Below, one piece after another: positions 28,001 through 41,200 of a stretch of 64,000 nucleotides of DNA. The translations under genes and the position numbers were made by a program. Below the pieces are notes generated by a model, which saw only the letters and a list, made by a program, of their open reading frames with translations, was not told where the DNA came from and searched no databases. Source of the stretch: Octopus vulgaris (Eukaryota); the NCBI GenBank assembly GCA_951406725.2, contig OX597815.1:4464001-4528000 (forward strand). Direction: 5' to 3'. Within the stretch, counting starts at the first letter, position 1; each line of letters begins with the position of its first letter.

Positions 28001-28954
28001 GGTGAGCCAACAGCTGCACCAGGCTACAATCTGACCTAGCAAAGTTTCTACAGCTGGATGCCCTTCCTCACACCAACCACTCTGAGAGTGTAAAAGGGTG
28101 CTTTTATGTGCCACCAGCATGAGGGCCAGTCAGGTGGTTCTGGTAACTTCCACGTTCAAAAGGTATTTTTTACGTGCTACCTGCACGGGAGCCAGTCCGG
28201 CAGCACTGGCAACGACCATGCTCTAATGTTGTTTTTCACGTGTCACTGGCACAGATGCCAGTAAGGTGACGCTGACAACAATCACGCTCGAATGGTGCTT
28301 TATACATTCCACCGGTATGGGAGCCAATCTGTGGCCCTGGAAAGAATCACGCTCAGATGTGCTTTTAACATTCCACTGACACCAGTGCCAATCAGGCGGT
28401 ACTGTCATTGGCCTCGTAACATGCATTTCAAATCTCCTATACATTTACCAGCTACCATATGCCATCATTTGATCAAATTTATGTATGTAATTATTTATAT
28501 AATATTTTATGTAATAGTATATGGAAAACTCAGCAACTACCAGCTGTTACCAATGCACAGAAATAATTGTTGGGATTAAAACCTGTTCATCCCATCTTGT
28601 TTTATAAATTGTTACCTACATTTATCGGCCGTTGCCTTTCCCTTGGATAACATTGGTGGCATGGAGAAGGGAGGCTGGTATGCATGGGCGACTGCTGGCC
28701 TTCCATAAACAACCTTGCCCAAACTTGTGCCTCGGAGGGTAACTTTCTGAGTGCAATCCCATGGTCATTCGTGACTGAAGGGGGTCTCCAATGTCCATAT
28801 GAGATTATTTCTGGATGGATTCCACAATTAATTTGCCTTTCACAATGTATCTACATTAAGTATGATACACTGGTGGTTATTTTAATCTAATACTACTTCT
28901 GTTGTACATAACAGATACATATCTATCTGTCAGTACACACACACACACACACAC

Positions 28955-28990
<36 letters not shown>

Positions 28991-29497
28991 AATTGTTCAT
29001 AGTTACAGACTTTCAAGCAAAGATATTTCTCTGTGTTCATAGAAGAAAACCTTCCTCTCCCCCCCCCACCCACCCCCCGCTCCTTCCTCTGGGCACATAA
29101 ATCATGGCCTGATATATCAATTATATATTAGGCACACTTTACTAAGTCACTACTCTCAACAGGAGATGGTAGACACGATAAAAAAACACACACACACGCA
29201 CAAACACACACATGGTGTGAAAGGGATGAAGAGGGGGTAAGAAGGGGGGAAGAAGAAAAAAATGACCGAGAGGTGGGGGTGGGGTGGGGAGGCCATTTGC
29301 ATCAGCCGCCGACAACTTATAATCTTATTTTTCACTCACAAAGCAACCCTGAAGAATCTGGTATTGGTCGGTGCTTCTGTTTCATTGTTTCTAAGTGTGT
29401 CAAGATGGAACTAAGATTAAAACATGTGTTTATGCGTCTTCGTCTTCGTGGAAATAAATACATTTTGTACGTATATATACTCATGCATGTGTATAAC

Positions 29498-29541
<44 letters not shown>

Positions 29542-29618
29542 TATATGTATACATAATTCGTATCCACACACATAAATATATACATGTATACATCTGTTTT
29601 CATATATTCATGTACGTG

Positions 29619-29660
<42 letters not shown>

Positions 29661-32600
29661 CTTAATTATGACAATGTATAAAGTACATGCGTGTGTGATG
29701 TAATTATATCTAGAAATGAGTATATATCATTTTCATCATCATCATCGTTTAAAGCGGACGTTAAACGATGATGATGATGATATATATATACTCATGTCTA
29801 GGTTGATATTTTTGTATACATAATAGTTCTTGTAAACCTAGATATAAATAAACAATGTTGTATGCACATATATATATCTATTATATAGTTATATAAAAAC
29901 ATCCATTGTGACACCAGGGCAAACATTTGCTGGCATACAAGTAAGGTGTGTGTGTGTAAAAAATTTATTTCTATACATCCAGGCACAGGCGTGGCTGTGT
30001 GGTAAGAAGTCTTGCTTCCCAACCACATGGTTCCAGGTTCAGTCCTACTGTGTGGCACCTTGGGCAAGTGTCTTCTACTATAACCTTGGGCTGACCAAAG
30101 CATTGGGAGTGGATTTGGTAGATAGAAATTGAAACAAGCCCATCATATTCTATATAACCCCCTTTGCTTGCGAAGACATGTTGGGGCAAGTGAAGTCGAA
30201 ATCGAAATTGAACCATTCCTATGACTGGCACCCGGCAGATGCCAGGACCCCTGGACTGGTGGTACGTAAAAAGCACTATCTGAATCGTGGCCGATGCCAG
30301 CGCCGCCTCGACTGGCTTCCGTGCCGGTGGCACGTAAAATGCACCAATCTGACCATGGCCGTTGCCAGCCTCGCCTGGCACATGTACGGGTGGCACGTAA
30401 AAAGCACCCACTACACTCACGGAGTGGTTGGCATTAGGTAGGGCATCCAGAAATGGAAATACTCGGTGTCCTATAAATAGGACACGGAGACAATGTGATA
30501 TAGCTTATTCAATGTTCTATTTATAGGACAGTGGGACTTAATGGGTTAAAGATCTTGCTCAAGACAACTCCATTGATAGTTGCATGCATGACTTAAATTG
30601 AAGATGGGTGAAAAGGGTGTGTGTGTTGTGAGTGGATCTACAAAGAAATGGTTAAGTCATAGAATTGAGATGAGTGACGTTATGGTGAATGGCAGAGGAG
30701 CTTAATTCATGATCTGGTTGGGGAGGAATAAAGTGTGTTAAGACAAGAACAACAATGACGGTGATGATGATGATGATGATGATGATGATGTAAGCAACAA
30801 CAATCTGGAGATCTGATAATATTGGTTGAAGTAGTTTTATGGGTGTGTCAGAAATAAAGAGGACAGGATCCCTGAAGCTGTTAGCACTCATTAATAATGG
30901 CATCATCATCATCATCATCATGATTTTAATGTGCTGGTAGAGGTTGCAGGTGACAGTTGTATGATGGCACAGATGATAATGGTGATGATGATGATGATGG
31001 TAATGATGATTTGTGTGATGGGAATCTTTTATCTTTTACTTGTTTCAGTCGTTAGCCTGTGGCCATGCTGGAGCACAGCCTTGAAGAATTTTACTCTGGT
31101 ACTTTTTGTAAAGCCTGGTACATATTCTATCGGTCTCTTTTGCTGAATCACTAAGTTAGAGACAAAAACACGCCAACACCAGTTGTCAAGCACTTGTGGG
31201 AGACAGACAGACACACACACATATATATATATATGATGGGCTTCTTTCAGTTTCCATCTACAAAATCCACTCACAAGGCTTTGGTCAGCCCAAGGCTATA
31301 GTAAAAGACACATGCCTAGGCAGCCACACAGTGGGACTGAACCTGGAAGCCTGAGGTTGAAAAGTAAACTTCTTACTGCACAACCAAGCCTGATGGTGTT
31401 GATGATGATGATGATGGTGGTTGTTGAAGTAATGAAATTCTAATAACCACACACGTTTCCCATTGAGATTTCATTTCAACATTGTTGTTCTAGCAATAGT
31501 TGTAGTCGTCATTCCAGTGTAAACAGCTTGTCTTTAAAAACCTCAATACCTGATGATCATCGAAGGTCTGTCTTCCCTGTTGCCATGGATTGCACAGTTT
31601 GACAGGACTCGATGGGTCCAAGGGCTGCATCATGCTCCAAATATCAACTTTAGCATGGCCCCCTATGACTGGATGCCCTTTCTAACACCACCCACTTTAC
31701 AGTGTGTATGTATATATATAAAATTATAATTATAAAACATTATTATAATCAGGGGTCAGCTAATTGCTTCAGCATGCACTGAATTTAGAAATAGGGGTTA
31801 AAATAGCTTTTCTGTCACCATAGAGATCTCCCAATATTACTTTACTTTAATCCCGAAACGTGTATGTAGCTAATCTGAGTCATGCGGACTCGTTATTTTC
31901 TCTTTTTGCCTATATAAAAAACGTGTGTTACTAACTGGGAGATCTCTATAGTAGCAGAAAATACATTTTAACTCCTATTTCTAAATTCGATGCATGGTGA
32001 AGCAATTAGCTGACCTCTGATTATAATTATGTTTATAATTATAAAATATTTTGTATAATTTTACCTAAAAAAAGGTTATTTTAACGTACCGAACTACTTG
32101 GTAAAATTATTAATTGGTTAATTAATGAATTAATTTTACTCTTTATTATTACATATATATATATATCTTGGGCAAGTGTCTTCTGCTATAGCCCCGGGCC
32201 GACCAATGCCTTGCGAGTGGATTTGGTAGACAGAAACTGAAAGAAGCCTGTCGTATATATGTATATATATATGTATGTGTGTGTTTGTGTGTCTGTGTTT
32301 GTCTCCCTAGCATTGTTTGACAACCGATGCTGGTGTGTTTACGTCCCCGTCACTTAGCGGTTCGGCAAAAGAGACCGATAGAATAAGTATTGGGCTTACA
32401 AAGAATAAGTCCCGGGGTTGAGTTGCTCAACTAAAGGTGGTGCTCCAGCATGGCCGCAGTCAAATGACTGAAACAAGTAAAAGAGTAGATATATATATAT
32501 ATATGCACACACACACACACACAGAATCATTAAGATAGTGCTTCTGTGGTTATTGAGTTGCTTGACTCATTTCTAGCAATGCCAGTACCACTTAGTACCC

Positions 32601-33039
32601 TCTATCACTTTGGTGACGTCTATAAATTTGCCTTTAGGTTGTGAAATTGCTAATTAATAAGCCACCCATATTATTTATTCACACACACCATCATCATCAT
32701 TATTTTTAGTCTCCATGTCCCATGCTGGCATGACAGAATCTCATGGACCTAAGAACCTCATCAGGCTCTGCTGTCTGCTTTGGTATGGTTTGTGCAGCTG
32801 GATGCCCTTTTTCATGTCAACTGCTTTTCAGAGTGGACTGAGCTTTTTTTTTTATGACACTGATACCAGTAAGGTCATCAATTAACTCGAAAAACTAACA
32901 AAAATGACCCCTCAATTGGGGTTGGAGTAGAGAGTGAGACGAAGTCCAAATATATAAGAAGTTAAGGTAAACAGAATCTACCAGTCCATACATTTGATAT
33001 CATTTATCACTCAGTGGAATATTGTTTTCATCATCCATA

Positions 33040-33631
33040 CTCTCAACAATTCGCTCTTAAATATGGTTTCTGATTACAAATATCTTGGGTCATACATATC
33101 ATCATCTGGAAAAGATTTTCTAACTAGAAACGGTATGGTCTGGTCAGCCTGTAATGACATGCATAAGATCTGGTCATCAAATCTAAGTAGAGATTTCAAA
33201 CTTAAAATCTTCAAAGCCACAGTCGAACCAATTCTACTCTATGGCTCAGAAGCCTGGACGTTATCAAAGAAGCTTGAGAGGTGGTTGGATGGAACTTACA
33301 CTCGCCTCCTTATGAGAGCTCAAAATCTCTCGTGGAAGCGTCATCCAACCAAAGTACAAATATATGGGAAATTACCACCTGTATCATCTCTTGTGAAAGG
33401 TAGGAGAGTCCGGTTTGCTGGACATTGTTGTAGAGCTGAAAAGAGGTAATTTCTACTCTTCTCCTCTGGAAGCCATCTACTCGCAATACCAGAGGATGCA
33501 CACTCTCCTACCCTGATGTAATTTCCAGGGATACAGGCGTCCAGCAACAGGACCTCCGTAATGCTATGATGGACCGTGAGGTCTGGCGTAGCATGGTAAA
33601 TTCCATTGTCTCGACCATGGTCGAACAATGA
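33040..33631 (+). mobile_element. 5'-truncated RTE-clade LINE, reverse transcriptase C-terminal region (frameshifted)
   Basis: DYKYLGS...IFKATVEPILLYGSEAWTL...FAGHC, then after a frameshift near 33445 ...AMMDREVWRSMV...EQ*; these are RTE motifs. Confidence 0.85.
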
Positions 33632-33692
33632 ATGGTTTTTTGTTTTTGTTTTTGTTTTATAGAATTAATGAGATTGTTCTTGTATTTTACAG

Positions 33693-33806
33693 TTATCAGA
33701 ATCGGGTAGACCAATATCATGATTTTGATCCATTCTTTTGTCCTCCTCATCCATCCAATCCATGGATTACTGATGATACCACAGCCTGGACAGCAAGCTC
33801 AAACTG
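33693..33806 (+). CDS. R7-family RGS protein, exon encoding the C-terminal half of the GGL domain (YQNRVDQYHDFDPFFCPPHPSNPWITDDTTAWTASSN)
   Basis: TTGTATTTTACAG acceptor and TG|GTGAGT donor; 114 nt, phase 2-2; GGL signature DPF...PSNPW.DDT..W. Confidence 0.92.
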
Positions 33807-33887
33807 GTGAGTTGTCTTCAATTATTCTTAAAGAGGTGGTGCCCCAGCACGGGCTGCCGTCTAATGACTGAAACAAGTAAAAGAATA

Positions 33888-35497
33888 CAGTTGCGGTCAA
33901 AATGTTCAGAACGGCATTGTTTTCGTCAGAAAAGTAAGTATAAGTTTTTATCAAAGTAGTTTTATATTCTATAATTTTCACAGACAATAAATACAATATT
34001 AATTGTTATTGTCTGAGACTTTAGTGTAATTTGAGAGGATAATACAAAAGTTATGGATGATTTAGTGATTTACTGCAAAACCCATGGCGGCCAAAATGAT
34101 CAGAACGGTTGAAAATATAACAAAATAATCAAAAATGACAGAGAATACTGGAATTATTTAATATTTAGTGTGAAGCCCTTTAGCTTCAATCACACTCTGA
34201 CATCTTCGACTGCATGAGGAAATTAAATTTTCAATTTCTTGCTGGGTGATCTTATTCCATTCTTCCTGAAGGGCATTCCATAATTGCTCAGTTGTTTTAG
34301 GATTTCTGGCTTTCAAACGTTCTCCTAGAATATTCCATACATTTTCAATAGGATTGAGATCTGGGCTTTGAGCAGGCCAATCCATAACAATAACCTTTTC
34401 AGCCTTGAGGAAGTTCATGACCACCTTAGCCTTGTGACATGGGGCATTGTCCTGCATGAATATGGGTGGTCGCTTAGTTGAATTTCTCAGCACAGGCAAG
34501 ACATGATCTTTTACAAGTTGTTTATAAACTCCTGCATTTACCTTTCCATGTAATCGCACCAAAGGGCCCACACCATCCCCAGATATCATCCCCCAAACCA
34601 TGACACTTCCTCCACCGAATTTAACACTAGTCTTAAGGCATTTAGGCGACAATTTTTCACCTACTTTTCCCATCTGAGCCAAATAACATAAACTTAGATT
34701 CATCACTGAAATGCACCGTTTGCCATTTTTCTTGAGACCACAACACATGTTCGGTTGCAAAGGTAAGACGACACTTTTTATTCTTGGAGCTGATCAGTGG
34801 CTTCACTGCAGGTGCTCTTGCTTGTAGGTCATGTTCAACTAAACGACGAGACACAGTTTTTCGAGATAAAGTTTTCTTCAATACAATGCTCATTTTCTGC
34901 GAAACAGCAGCAGCAGTTTTAAATCTGTCCTTTTTAACCAACTTTACCATAGCACGATCTTCGCTCTTGGTCATTTTTCTTGGCCTACCTGTAAACTTTC
35001 TTGCTTCACACGAACCACAATCATCGTAGACCTTAAGAATACCGTGTACAACACTTTTTGACTTGCTAACAATCTTTGCAATAGATCCAATACTTAAATT
35101 ATCTTTCCTTCGAAGCTTAATAATCTGCTGACGAATTGGTAATGGAGTAAATGGCATTATATTAAAAGTACACTGCAAATATTTTTACTAATGTTTAGTA
35201 AACGAACCGTCACGTAAACAAATTCAAAACATTAGAGTTCGCTGGTTAAATATACTAAAACACGGAGTAAAAGCAACCGTTTTGATCATTTTGGCCGCCA
35301 TGGGTTTTGCAGTAAATCACTAAATCATCGATAACTTTTGTATTATCCTCTCAAATTACACCAAAATCTCAAGCAATAACAAATAATATCGTATTTATTG
35401 TCTGTGAAAATTATAGAATATAAAGCAACTTTGATAAAAAATTATATCTACTTTTCTGACGAAAACAATGCCGTTCTGAACATTTTTGCCGCCACTG
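33888..35497 (-). mobile_element. Tc1/mariner transposon, IR/DR type, 1610 bp
   Basis: TA|CAGT...ACTG|TA; 224-bp inverted repeats at 33888-34111 and 35274-35497, each with outer and inner 22-bp direct repeats GCGG(T/C)CAAAATG(T/A)TCAGAACGG. Confidence 0.95.
34158..35157 (-). pseudogene. Tc1 DD34E transposase with one frameshifting deletion near 34665
   Basis: Paired-like HTH region, GRPRK motif, FSDESKF, KFGGGSVMVWG, QDNAPCH-(34 aa)-SPDLNPIE; split into two overlapping ORFs at GSDGK/VGEK. Confidence 0.92.
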
Positions 35498-36098
35498 TAT
35501 GTGTGAGAGAGTAATTCTCAAGCTAAACCTAATTCTGCTGATCCTGTGGAATATCCACAAAGTTTTCCTGATACATTTCTCACATGGTTTCCCTTCATCT
35601 TACTCTGAAGTTTTTTCCTTCTTCTTCTTTATCATCATCATCATCATCTAACGTCCATTGTTGAGAGAGTGACTTCCAATTAAAAAGAAACACAAAGGAA
35701 GAGTAATTAAAAATTATGTAAGGCATGTAATGAAGGTTAGATGACAAAGGTGAATCATTAAGGATAATTTATGGCAGAGCCAATCAAATGAGAATAATTA
35801 TGTTCACAGGTTACAGACCTAAGATTAACTCAAATGCTAGATAATCAATCAGACACCAAATTCAAAGGATCATAGTGATCAGATGACCAATCAACATGAA
35901 GCTGTGACATGATGTGGTTTTCTAGAATGTCCTTTCTTGCATCTTATAAAATACTGTCTTGCTGCTCAATTAATCGTAGAGTTTTGAAGGTGGCTGAGCA
36001 ATATGCTCCACCACTCTTACCACCAGGTGGATCCGGACATTTATACAGACAACTCCAGGCTCTTGGACAGACTGAACTAAACCTAAACATTCACATTC

Positions 36099-36540
36099 CT
36101 GGAATCTGTCCAGAGACGTGCAACCAAACGCATACCCCCCGTCAGACACCTACCATATTCTGAGCGCCTTGTTTCCCTGGGCATGGATTCACTGAAGCTC
36201 CGGCGTCTGGCGACGGACTTGGTAAACACCCACAAAGTTATCAACCACCTCACCAACAACAACACTGAACACCTTTTTGATCTCCATGTGTCTAACACAC
36301 GTGGACATGCCTACAAAGTCAGAAAACAACACAGCTCCCATGACTTTCGGAAACATTTTTTCACGCTCAGAGTTGCTGAAGCATGGAACAAACTGCCTGC
36401 GTCAGTTGTTGACTGCCATGACACTGCATCCTTTAAGGCCTTCATGCTTTCCGAAATCCCCCGAAACTACACCTGATTATATATACACTTTAGATGAGTT
36501 GTAGTGCACCTGAGCACTGTACACAATTATTATTATTATA
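36099..36540 (+). mobile_element. 5'-truncated CR1-group LINE 3' end
   Basis: LESVQRRATKRI...YSERL..LGM.SL..RR...TRGH..K.......RKHFFT.RV..AWN.LP (stop 36476), short UTR and (ATT)n tail. Confidence 0.85.
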
Positions 36541-37933
36541 ATGTCTCCTAAATAACTTCTAGAGATGTGGCACAGTTTCTCTCTCTCTCTCTCCCAGTCA
36601 ACAAACCTTTATGCTGTTCCTTGTAAATAGCCAACACCAAATATCTTTATGTCCGGCAATAAAGATGCAGTCAAATGTTTGTGGGTTGCTTCAGTTTATT
36701 ATTCACGCAGCCAACTAACTAAGTACACCCTCACTGACCAGATCAACTCATGCAACAAACAGGTGACAATACGAACCTGCTTAAAACAGCCTTTGGTTCA
36801 ATGATATAAACTTTCAGTTTAAGTGATCTTAATAAAAACCGTTCTTCAAAATTCCATGATAATTTATGTTCCAAACACCAGGTTAATAACAACAAAGATA
36901 TTTTACTGAATTACTCTTTTACTCTTTTACTTGTTTCAGTCATTTGACTGCGGCCATGCTGGAGCACTGCCTTTAGTCGAGCAAATCGACCCCCGGGACT
37001 TATTCTTTGTAAGCCCAGTACTTATTCTATCGGTCTCTTTTGCCGAACCGCTAAGTGACGGTGACGTAAACACACACTAGCATCGGTTGTCAAGCAATGC
37101 TAGGGAGACAAACACAGACACACACACATACATATACACGACGGGCTTCTTTCAGTTTCCGTCTTCCAAATCCACTCACAAGGCATTGGTCGGCCCGAGG
37201 CTATAGCCGAAGACACTTGCCCAAGATGCCACGCAGTAGGACTGAACCTGAAACCATGTGGTTGGTTAGCAAGCTACTTACCACACAGCCACTCCTGCGC
37301 CTTAGTTTAACTTACTTGTCTTAAATTACGTAATGCTGACAATTTCTAATAAGGATGACATGGTGCTATACATGATTACACTATCTGAACGTGATCAATG
37401 CCAGGGCCACCTGACTGGCTCTTGTGCCGGTGGCACATAAAAAGCACCCACTACACTCTTGGAGTGGTTGGCATCAGGAAGGGCATCCAGCTATAGAAAC
37501 TAGAAATTTTAAGATCTTCAAAATACATATATTCTATGGAGGGGCTATTGCAGTGAGTGTCACTGGCTATGCTCGATGGCAATTTCATTGCAGATACATA
37601 ACCATGAAGCATGGTTGAACATACCATTTATTCTGTGGTGTGCAGCCCATTACTTCCTCCTACTTCATCTTCTACTGCTTAATTCCCCACCCCCCGACAA
37701 CGTGTTTTTTTTCTTCTTTTCTTTGTTTCCTTGTAATTAGATTGTGATAAATAAAAGTCTATCAAGATCATTATTGGTTCTCTGGACCTTCTTCCCTGGT
37801 CTTTCATTTCAAATTCAAATTTCTTATTCTGCTGAGATTTATCCAGAAATGATTATCTCCCTTGCAAATTACTGGCCACCAGGGCACACCATATATAACT
37901 TGTTTGTTTTTTTTTTTGTTTTTGTTGCTCTAG

Positions 37934-38227
37934 TGATCAACCAACTGAAAAACGGGTTAAAATGTGGAGCTTTGGCTTACATGAATTACTCTCGGACAGA
38001 GCTGGACTCGTCTGCTTTGAATCGTTTCTCAGGAAAGAGTTTAGCCATGAAAACATCCACTTCTGGCTGGCCTGCAAAGCCCTCAAATCCTGTGCACAGT
38101 CTCAAGTGGCAAGTAAGGTCGAGAAAATCTATGAAGACTTTCTGGCACGTGGTGCTCGCTGTGAGATAAACATTGATTGTAAGACAATGGAGGAAGTACA
38201 AACAAACCTCAAGAAGAAACTATCCAG
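37934..38227 (+). CDS. R7-family RGS protein, exon encoding most of the RGS domain
   Basis: TTTGTTGCTCTAG acceptor and AG|GTGAGT donor; 294 nt, phase 2-2; PTEKRVKMWSFGLHELLSD..G...FESFLRKEFSHENIHFWLAC...IYEDFLARGARCEINID. Confidence 0.95.
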
Positions 38228-41200
38228 GTGAGTTTTATATCTTATATCTTTTGTTCCATTCATTAGAATACAGCCATGCTGGGGCACCACCTTGAAGAAT
38301 TTTCAATTAAATAAATCAGCCCCAGTTTTTTTTTTTTTTGTTGTTTTTTTTGTAAAGCCTGGTACTTATTGTCAGTCTCTTTTCCCAAACTGCTAAGTTA
38401 TGGGGATGCAAACACACCAACACCGGTTATCAAGCAGGTGGGGGGGGGACAAAGACACACTCACATATATAAACAACAGGCTTCTTTCAGTTTCTGCCTA
38501 CGAAATGCACTCACAAGTCTATAGTAGAAAACACTTTCCTAAGGTGGCACATGTTGGGATTGAACCCGGGACCATATGGTTGGGAAGCAAAATTCTTACT
38601 ACACAACCACCTAATTAGCATAAACAGTGTAGATGCAGGTATGGCTTGTAAGCACAGACGTGGCCCTGTGATTAAGAAGCTTGCTTCCAGCCATATGGTC
38701 TTGGGTTCACACCCACTGCACAGTAGTACCTTGGGCAAGTGTCTTCTAAAGACCCAGATTGACCAAAAGCTTGTAAGCAGATTTTGTGGATGGAAACTGA
38801 AAGAAGCCTTGTTATAGGCACAGGCGTGGCTGTGTAACGAGAAGTTTGCTTCCCAACCACATGGTTCCAGGTTCAGTCCCACTACATGGCACCTTGGGCA
38901 AATGTCTTCAACTGGTAGGCAGAAACTGAAAGAAGCATGTGTGTGTGTATGTATGTCTCTGTCTGTAATTTTCCTGCACCATTGTTTGACAACCAGTGTT
39001 GGTTTGTTTATGTCTCCATAACTTAATGGTTTGGCAAAAGAAACCAATAGACTTTAAAAAAAAAATAAGCACTGGGGTCGATTCACTCAATTAAAATTCT
39101 TCAATGCAGTGCTGTAGCATGGCCAAAGTATAATGGCTGAAACAGGTAAAACATAAAAGGTGTTGGGCGTATGTGTATTGACTCTTGTCTTGACGTCACA
39201 TGACGACTGTTAGATTAAACCCTTTATGGTGGTGCTCCAGCATGGCCGCAGTCCAGTGACAAACAAGATAAGGGATCAAGATGTACACTCATGCATGTGT
39301 GTGTGTGTTTCCATGAATGAGTTGGTTAGTTGTTGGAAGAAATATATTGCTTCCAACAGCTGCAGGGACCCCTTCCTACTGTGAACCACTCAGCCATGAA
39401 GCTGAAATAATGTCAGTAGACTTTGTTCAGTCATGCAGTCAGTGGGTGTACACAGTTTCAAGTGCCTTTTTCAGTGACCCCACACAAAACATGCAATGAA
39501 GCACACACACACACTGGAGGAGAAGGAGGACAGCCCGGTAATTCATGCAATTCTGCCATGACTACCTTAAATTTTATAAAGGTGATAGATTTCCCAGAAG
39601 ATGACTAAGAGAACAAGAACCCTTACAAACAGCTGGCCTCTCACAAGCTCTAAAATTCCCACCAGAATCACACACACACAGTCGCACACACACCCAAACT
39701 TCTAAAGAATCTCATTAAACACATAGTTACCTTGTTGGTTACCAGCAAAGCCAAACTTCTTTAGAAAAAGGTGATGGAACTGACAAACGTGTTTAGCAAG
39801 AATATTTGTCTCCAATTTATTATTTTTAATTTAAGCCTGGTACTTATTATATTGGTTCTCTTTTGCTGAACCACTAAGTTACAGGGACATAAACACACTG
39901 ACATTGGTTGTCAAGTGGGGGTCAAACACAGACACAAAGACAGATGCACACATATATATATATATATATGTATATATAGATATATATTAGACAGAATGAG
40001 ATAAAGCAGTGTGTATGTATATATATATATATGTGTATATATATATTTATATATATGTGTGTGTGTGTGTATGTATATACATACATGACAAACTTCTTTA
40101 AAGTTTTAATCTATCAAATCCATTCACAAGGCTTTGGTCAGCCCAAAGTTATAGAAGATACTTGCCTAAGGTGCCATGCAGTGGGACACAATCTTCTGAC
40201 CACACAGCTACACTAAGAGAGAGAGAGAGAGAATACCATTTCCTAAACGTTTGTGAAGGGAAATTGAACAAAGCAACCCATGACTGAAAACTGCTTAACC
40301 ATTTTATCATTCCTGCTTTTCCTCTCTCTCTTAACGCACGTATACATATGCATTTTGTGACCTCATGATATATCTTAAACACACAAACACAAGAATAGTA
40401 TTGGTAATGACTTTGTAGTTTCAGGCAGCTAAGCCATCATTGGATTGTCTGATGATGGCTTAGCCAGCCAAAACTTCTAAGTCACTGTCGATAATATTCT
40501 TGTTAATAAATAACAAATTTGTACTCTTCAAAGGTATAGAGTAAGACATCGGATTAATGTAAGACTGTTTTTTATTATATAGGGTCATGAGATCCCTTTA
40601 GTTTTGTCAAAGATGTTACCTCTACCAGTGCTGGTGCCACAAACAAAGGTGCCAATACACTGTGTGAAATGGTTGGTGTTAGGAAGGACATTCAGCCTTA
40701 GACACCAAGCCGAACATTAAAAACAGCTTCCGTGCCAGTGGCACGTAAAATGCGCTATCCGAATCGTGGCCGATGCCAGCGTCGCCTCGACTGGCTTCCG
40801 TGCTGGTGGCATGTAAAAAGCACCATCCGAATCGGGGCCGATGCCAGTGCCGCCTCGACTGGCTTCCGTGCCGGTGGCACATATAATGCACCAATCCGAT
40901 CGTGGCCGTTGCCAGCCTCGCCTGGCACCTGTGCAGGTGGCATGTAAAAGCACCCACTACACTCATGGAGTGGTTGGCGTTAGGAAGGGCATCCAGCTGT
41001 AGAAACACTGCAAGATCAGACTGGAGCCTTGTGCAGCCTTCTGGCTTCCTAGATCCCCGGTCGAACCGTCCAACCCATGCTAGCATGGAGAATGGACGTT
41101 AAACGATGATGATGATGATGATACAAGATGTGGATCTCTGACCCATCTAGGTGAGCATGCCATCAAATATATGCTGACTCCAACCATGACAACCCATCCA

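Noticed and set aside
28935-28990. (AC)n-AT-(GT)n perfect palindrome
   Set aside because: Adjacent complementary microsatellites are common in this kind of genome; no further support for function.
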